The notes under the pieces were generated by a model. That model saw only the letters and a list, made by a program, of their open reading frames with translations, searched no databases and was not told where the DNA came from. Of a stretch of DNA of 48,185 bases, positions 44,210-48,185 are shown piece after piece. Source of the stretch: an uncultured Planctomycetales bacterium. Its GTDB lineage: Bacteria > Omnitrophota > Gorgyraeia > Zapsychrales > Zapsychraceae. The stretch is taken from assembly GCA_964541845.1 (NCBI GenBank), contig CAZIRV010000001.1:1-48185 (forward strand), read 5' to 3'. A program made the position numbers and the translations under genes. Every line of letters begins with the position of its first letter. Position 1 is the first letter of the stretch.

Positions 44210-44821
44210 TCATTTCAAACCTCTTAATTTATTTTTCAAATTTTCCTTTGCTCGACTTAATAATGATTTTACAGCCTTCAATGAAGTATCCATTGTTTTA
44301 GCAATTTCATCATACGAAAACTGCTCATATCGTCTTAAAACAACCGCTATCCGTTGATTTTCCGGCAGACTCTCAATGGCCGCGCGAACCACGTCTGCCA
44401 TTTCCTGACGCACCATTGACTCATCCGGCCTTACTACCGTTTCATCAGCTACCTGCCGTTGCATAACCCCTTCCCTGGAACTCAATGTTTCATCCAATGA
44501 AACCATTCTCTGCTTATGCTTCCTCATTTCATTCAAACTTACATTACGCGCAATTGTATACAACCATGTCTTAAACTTTGCCTTTGGATAATAACTGGAC
44601 ACACTATAATACACCTTCATAAACACCTCCTGCGTCAAATCCTCGGCAGCCTCTCGATTCTTAACAAAACGAAAAATAAAATTAAGAATCCGTGGGAAAT
44701 ACTTCCCCATCAACTTCTCAAAAGAATCCTTATTCCCCTCTTTAAATTCTAGCATTAAAATAACATCCGGATCAGAAAGATAGGTTGCTATATGAGGTGA
44801 TTTTTCAAAAATCATATGCAA
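44210..44821 (-). CDS. ECF-family RNA polymerase sigma factor (sigma-24 type)
   Basis: Region 2 (AAEDLTQEVFMKVY, WLYTIARN) and region 4 (LPENQRIAVVLRRYEQFSYDEIAKTMDTSLKAVKSLLSRA). TTG start at 44821, or ATG at 44815. Confidence 0.88.
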   Translation of the reverse strand: MHMIFEKSPHIATYLSDPDVILMLEFKEGNKDSFEKLMGKYFPRILNFIFRFVKNREAAEDLTQEVFMKVYYSVSSYYPKAKFKTWLYTIARNVSLNEMRKHKQRMVSLDETLSSREGVMQRQVADETVVRPDESMVRQEMADVVRAAIESLPENQRIAVVLRRYEQFSYDEIAKTMDTSLKAVKSLLSRAKENLKNKLRGLK

Positions 44822-46764
44822 AATACTTTTTCTCTTACAGAACGAGACAAAAGTTCATCTGGAATTTCATAAAGAAACCGGGATGGTGTTTGATCATATT
44901 CATAACCAAACAACGTGCGTGTGGAGGCATAACTAAGATATAATTTTTTCATAGCTCGCGTAAGGCCGACATAACATAACCGCCGCTCTTCCTCAAGCTC
45001 CTTGGAAGAGGCATTAAGGGAATTCATATGGGGCAAAAGCCCTTCCTCCATTCCCAACATAAATACAACCGGGAACTCAAGCCCTTTGGCACTATGCAGC
45101 GTCATTAATGTGAAAATCTCTTCCTCTTCTTGCCAATTATCAATTCCCGTCTGCAGACTCACAAATTCAAGATAAGAACGCAATGCTTCATACGGTTCTG
45201 TCTCTGAATCTAAAGACACCGCATACTCCCGAACAGCGCCATAAAACTCCTTAATATTTTCAATCCGCCCTTTAGATTCCAACGTATTTTCGTCCTCAAG
45301 AATCCTGACATAGCCTGTTTCTTCTATAATTAATTCTAACAATTGGTTTAAGGATAACTCATAAGACGCTTTTTTAAACTGACTGACCATAGTAAAAAAT
45401 TCTGTTAAAACATTCTTTAATTTTTTGGGAGCCTTAACAAAATCCCCGTAAAGTTCTGTAGATTCAAAAATAGACATCCCTTTCTCTCGACTGAATTGAG
45501 TAAGTTTAGCTAGTGCAACCTTGCCAATCCCCCGCTTTGGAGTATTGATGACACGCAAAAAACTCATCTCATCCGTTGGGTTATGGGTAAGACGTAAATA
45601 GGCTAATAAATCTTTGATTTCCTTACGCGCATAAAACTTCTGTCCTCCTATAATTTTGTAAGGAATATTATTACGCATTAATTCTTCTTCTAAAACACGT
45701 GACTGCGCATGTGTCCGATAAAAAGCAACCATGTCATTTACAGGACGGCCGCGATCCCGTTCTCGCAAAATTCGACTCACCAAATATTCCGCTTCTTCAT
45801 GCTCATCCTCACACTCATAGAGATCAATGACTTCTCCGTCCCCTTTTTCCGACCAAAGATTTTTATGTTTTCGAAATTTATTTCGTGCAATCACTGCATT
45901 TGAAGCTTTTAAAATTGTATTGGTTGAGCGATAATTCTGTTCTAACCGAATGGTCTTGGCTCCCTTAAAAACCTTTTCAAATCGCATAATGTTCTCAATA
46001 TCAGCCCCCCGCCACTCATAAATCGACTGATCCGGATCTCCCACCACCGTAATATTACGGTGTTTCTTTGCAAGCAAGTTGATAAATTTATCCTGCGCGT
46101 AATTTGTATCTTGATACTCATCGACAAGAATATATTTATAGCGCTGCCGATACTCTTCCAAAATGTCCTGTTCTTTAATAAATAACTGCGCAACCTTAGC
46201 AATCAAATCACCAAAATCGACCCCATTAAAATGCGATAACTTTCCTTCATACTGTTCATAAATCGGCACAAAATAACGATCCTCAAAATCAACTTGCCGA
46301 GACTGAACATCTCTCAAAGATAATAACTGATCTTTACACCGGCTAATTTTCTCTACAACGCGCTTTGGACTGATCGCCTTAGGGTCAATATTCAATTCCT
46401 TCATACAATCCTTAATAAGAGTCAACTGATCCTGAGCATCATAAATTGTGAAAGATTCTGTGAGTCCGACACAAGCAGCATGCCGACGTAAAATCCGCAG
46501 ACAAATAGAATGAAAGGTTCCAATAGAAACATACGCCGCGACATGACTACGCACACGTGATTTCATTTCATTAGCCGCTTTATTGGTAAACGTTACGGCA
46601 AGAATTTCCGAAGGAAGAACCCCATTTTGAATAGCATACACCATACGCGAAGTAATAATCCGCGTCTTACCTGAACCAGCCCCCGCTAAGACCAAGAGCG
46701 GCCCCTCGTTATATTGAACAGCCTCAAGCTGTTGAGAATTTAAACCAGATAAAATGTTAGTCAT
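44812..46764 (-). CDS. UvrD/PcrA/Rep-family ATP-dependent DNA helicase
   Basis: Walker A AGAGSGKT, motif II VDEYQDTN, and later SF1 motifs (TLHSAKGLEF, VGLTRA). Confidence 0.92.
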   Translation of the reverse strand: MTNILSGLNSQQLEAVQYNEGPLLVLAGAGSGKTRIITSRMVYAIQNGVLPSEILAVTFTNKAANEMKSRVRSHVAAYVSIGTFHSICLRILRRHAACVGLTESFTIYDAQDQLTLIKDCMKELNIDPKAISPKRVVEKISRCKDQLLSLRDVQSRQVDFEDRYFVPIYEQYEGKLSHFNGVDFGDLIAKVAQLFIKEQDILEEYRQRYKYILVDEYQDTNYAQDKFINLLAKKHRNITVVGDPDQSIYEWRGADIENIMRFEKVFKGAKTIRLEQNYRSTNTILKASNAVIARNKFRKHKNLWSEKGDGEVIDLYECEDEHEEAEYLVSRILRERDRGRPVNDMVAFYRTHAQSRVLEEELMRNNIPYKIIGGQKFYARKEIKDLLAYLRLTHNPTDEMSFLRVINTPKRGIGKVALAKLTQFSREKGMSIFESTELYGDFVKAPKKLKNVLTEFFTMVSQFKKASYELSLNQLLELIIEETGYVRILEDENTLESKGRIENIKEFYGAVREYAVSLDSETEPYEALRSYLEFVSLQTGIDNWQEEEEIFTLMTLHSAKGLEFPVVFMLGMEEGLLPHMNSLNASSKELEEERRLCYVGLTRAMKKLYLSYASTRTLFGYEYDQTPSRFLYEIPDELLSRSVREKVFCI

Positions 46765-46776
46765 AAACAGGTTGTT

Positions 46777-47484
46777 TTAAAATAATTTTGAAAGTAAAAC
46801 CGGCACAGCTGTTTCAACACGTAAAATCCGCTGCCCTAAACGCACACTCTTAAATCCACAACCCTCTAATTGTTCTATCTCATAAGGAATAAAACCGCCT
46901 TCGGGGCCAATCATTAATGTTACGGGGCCTTGAATATCTTTAAGAAAATTTTCTGTACCTTCCGGGTGGGCCACCAAAGGCCGTGTTGTTTTAATAATAT
47001 CAGGAAGCTCGTCTTGCACAAATGGTTTAAACCGATCACGCAATAATACTTCCGGCATCATGGTGTCTTTTGCCTGCTCTAAACCCAATATTAACTGTTC
47101 TTCTAATTTTTGCTTTTCTAAAACAGGGCTATTCCAAAAACTTTTTTCCACACGTTTAGAATGCAGCAAAACAATTTTTTTAACGCCCATAGAGCTGACC
47201 GCTAATAAAATACGCTTTAGCACAATAGGTCGGGGTAAAGCTAAAATTAAATTAACACAAAGAGGTTCCGGAGGTAATGCCGTTAATTTTACCTCCATTT
47301 CCAAATTCATACGATCTAAGAGGGTAATCTTGCCTACACCGACTTTACCATTCACCAAGCCAACACAGAGCTTATCACCAACAGACGCCCGTAAAATTTT
47401 TTCCACATGTTCCTGCCTCCGTTCCCGTAACCGCACCAAATCCTTTTCAATAAAATCTTTTTTGAACAAAAGAATTAAGTTCAA
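46777..47484 (-). CDS. rsmE: 16S rRNA (uracil1498-N3)-methyltransferase RsmE-like (PUA + SPOUT)
   Basis: 235 aa. The RsmE-type layout ends in IGPEGGFIPYEIEQLEGCGFKSVRLGQRILRVETA. Confidence 0.8.
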   Translation of the reverse strand: MNLILLFKKDFIEKDLVRLRERRQEHVEKILRASVGDKLCVGLVNGKVGVGKITLLDRMNLEMEVKLTALPPEPLCVNLILALPRPIVLKRILLAVSSMGVKKIVLLHSKRVEKSFWNSPVLEKQKLEEQLILGLEQAKDTMMPEVLLRDRFKPFVQDELPDIIKTTRPLVAHPEGTENFLKDIQGPVTLMIGPEGGFIPYEIEQLEGCGFKSVRLGQRILRVETAVPVLLSKLF

Positions 47485-48101
47485 AATAACGTCGCCTGTT
47501 CTACCGCCTTAATTTTAAACTTTGGTTTCTCAACACTAAACTCTTTAAATACATCCTTAAATGTTTCAATCTTCTGATCCTCAGCTATATTTAATAAATG
47601 ATTTAAGATGGCCACTGTCAATTCCACATCCGCCAAAGCCCTGTGTGTTTCTTCAATCTTAACACCTAAAAAATGCGCGATATTAGATAATCGATGACTG
47701 GTTAACTGCGGCAAAAATTTCTTGGCTAGCTTCAATGTATCAATAGCCGGAGTATCATCATTTAACTTACGCCCGATTAAAGCCAATTCATAACATAAAA
47801 AATTCAAATCAAATTTCACATTATGCCCCGCTAAACACGCCCCTCCAATAAAATCTAAAATTTTAGGTAAAATTTCCTCACGTGTTGGAGCATCTTTGAT
47901 CATATCATCTGTAATATTATTCACCCGTTGCGCTTCAATAGGAATAAGCCTTTGAGGGTTTATAAAAGATTCAAAAGTATCAACAATTTTTTTTTCTTTA
48001 ACCTTAATAGCCGCAATCTCCACCATTCGGTCTCCACCTAAAACCGATAATCCCGTTGTCTCCACATCAAAAACCACATATTCTGTTTGCTTAGCGTTCA
48101 T
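47481..48101 (-). CDS. DnaQ-family 3'-5' exonuclease (DNA polymerase III epsilon-like)
   Basis: ExoI VVFDVETTGL, ExoII GHNVKFDLNFL, ExoIII HRALADVE. Start set at the ATG at 48101 (AAAGGA SD), because the track start reads into repeat copy D. Confidence 0.88.
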   Translation of the reverse strand: MNAKQTEYVVFDVETTGLSVLGGDRMVEIAAIKVKEKKIVDTFESFINPQRLIPIEAQRVNNITDDMIKDAPTREEILPKILDFIGGACLAGHNVKFDLNFLCYELALIGRKLNDDTPAIDTLKLAKKFLPQLTSHRLSNIAHFLGVKIEETHRALADVELTVAILNHLLNIAEDQKIETFKDVFKEFSVEKPKFKIKAVEQATLF

Positions 48102-48132
48102 GATAAAATATCCTTTCTCTATTTCACAATTT

Positions 48133-48185
48133 ATACCCATTCCATTAAATAATTGCTCTATTTTTAACTCTGCTATTCTCGTTAA
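48133..48185. repeat. Palindromic element copy D (left half, cut by the window end)
   Basis: atacccattccattaaataattgctctatttttaactctgctattctcgttaa is nearly identical to the left halves of copies C and A. Confidence 0.85.

Noticed and set aside
1-48185. Searched for tRNA/rRNA genes, transposases, integrases, phage genes, toxin-antitoxin pairs and known defence-system signatures.
   Set aside because: None was recognised. The spacers contain only hairpins and repeats with no T-loop (GGTTCGAATCC)-like sequences, and every long ORF has a housekeeping, envelope or glycan assignment or is listed above as hypothetical.

Overview
This is an AT-rich 48.2-kb window. All of the roughly 49 credible CDS lie on the minus strand, and I found no rRNA, tRNA, CRISPR array, transposase, integrase or phage genes. 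LptD, an outer-membrane (OM) beta-barrel and a LolA-like protein indicate a diderm bacterium; an uncultivated lineage is only an inference.

Gene blocks, by + coordinates:
- 1-11.9 kb: glycan / nucleotide-sugar locus. It holds three glycosyltransferases, a ColD-like DegT enzyme with His in place of the Schiff-base Lys, an HddC-like nucleotidyltransferase, an HddA-like GHMP kinase, a B12-radical-SAM enzyme, an SDR epimerase/dehydratase, a truncated E1 alpha/beta-like ThDP pair, UDP-glucuronate decarboxylase and Ugd.
- 11.9-20 kb: lptD, a ROK kinase, DUF2892, and an OM barrel + LolA-like + MMPL/RND triad.
- 20-22.6 kb: arsR, ppnP, a DUF2161-like PD-(D/E)xK protein and an SDR.
- 22.7-26.5 kb: flavoprotein disulfide reductase + TVP38 + DUF547 + small GT2.
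- 26.8-33.3 kb: two GGDEF cyclases, an orphan MalK-like ATPase, accD, DUF1015, VanZ and an FmdB zinc ribbon.
- 33.4-37.9 kb: hrcA-grpE-dnaK-dnaJ with a sigma70 promoter and CIRCE operator.
- 38.2-41.8 kb: hflX, miaA and a TPR-SPOR protein.
- 42-44.8 kb: ECF sigma / ZAS anti-sigma module followed by three small, extremely charged exported proteins.
- 44.8-48.1 kb: UvrD/PcrA, rsmE and a DnaQ-like exonuclease.

Signals not explained by the ordinary annotation:
1. A family of ~105-bp rod-like palindromic intergenic elements: four copies, several terminal fragments (one inside a CDS), compensatory stem changes, and mismatches that become G-U pairs only on the gene-sense strand.
2. Several unique giant hairpins (190, 148 and 75 bp).
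3. The ECF module with charge-complementary partners, including a secreted R/E-rich protein built from 54-bp tandem repeats.
4. The sugar pathway, which combines a 3-dehydratase-type enzyme, an E1-like ThDP pair and a B12-rSAM enzyme.

The first 55 bp exactly repeat bases 173-227, which looks like a k-mer-sized assembly artefact at a contig end. All function calls come from reading motifs by eye; no database search was run.
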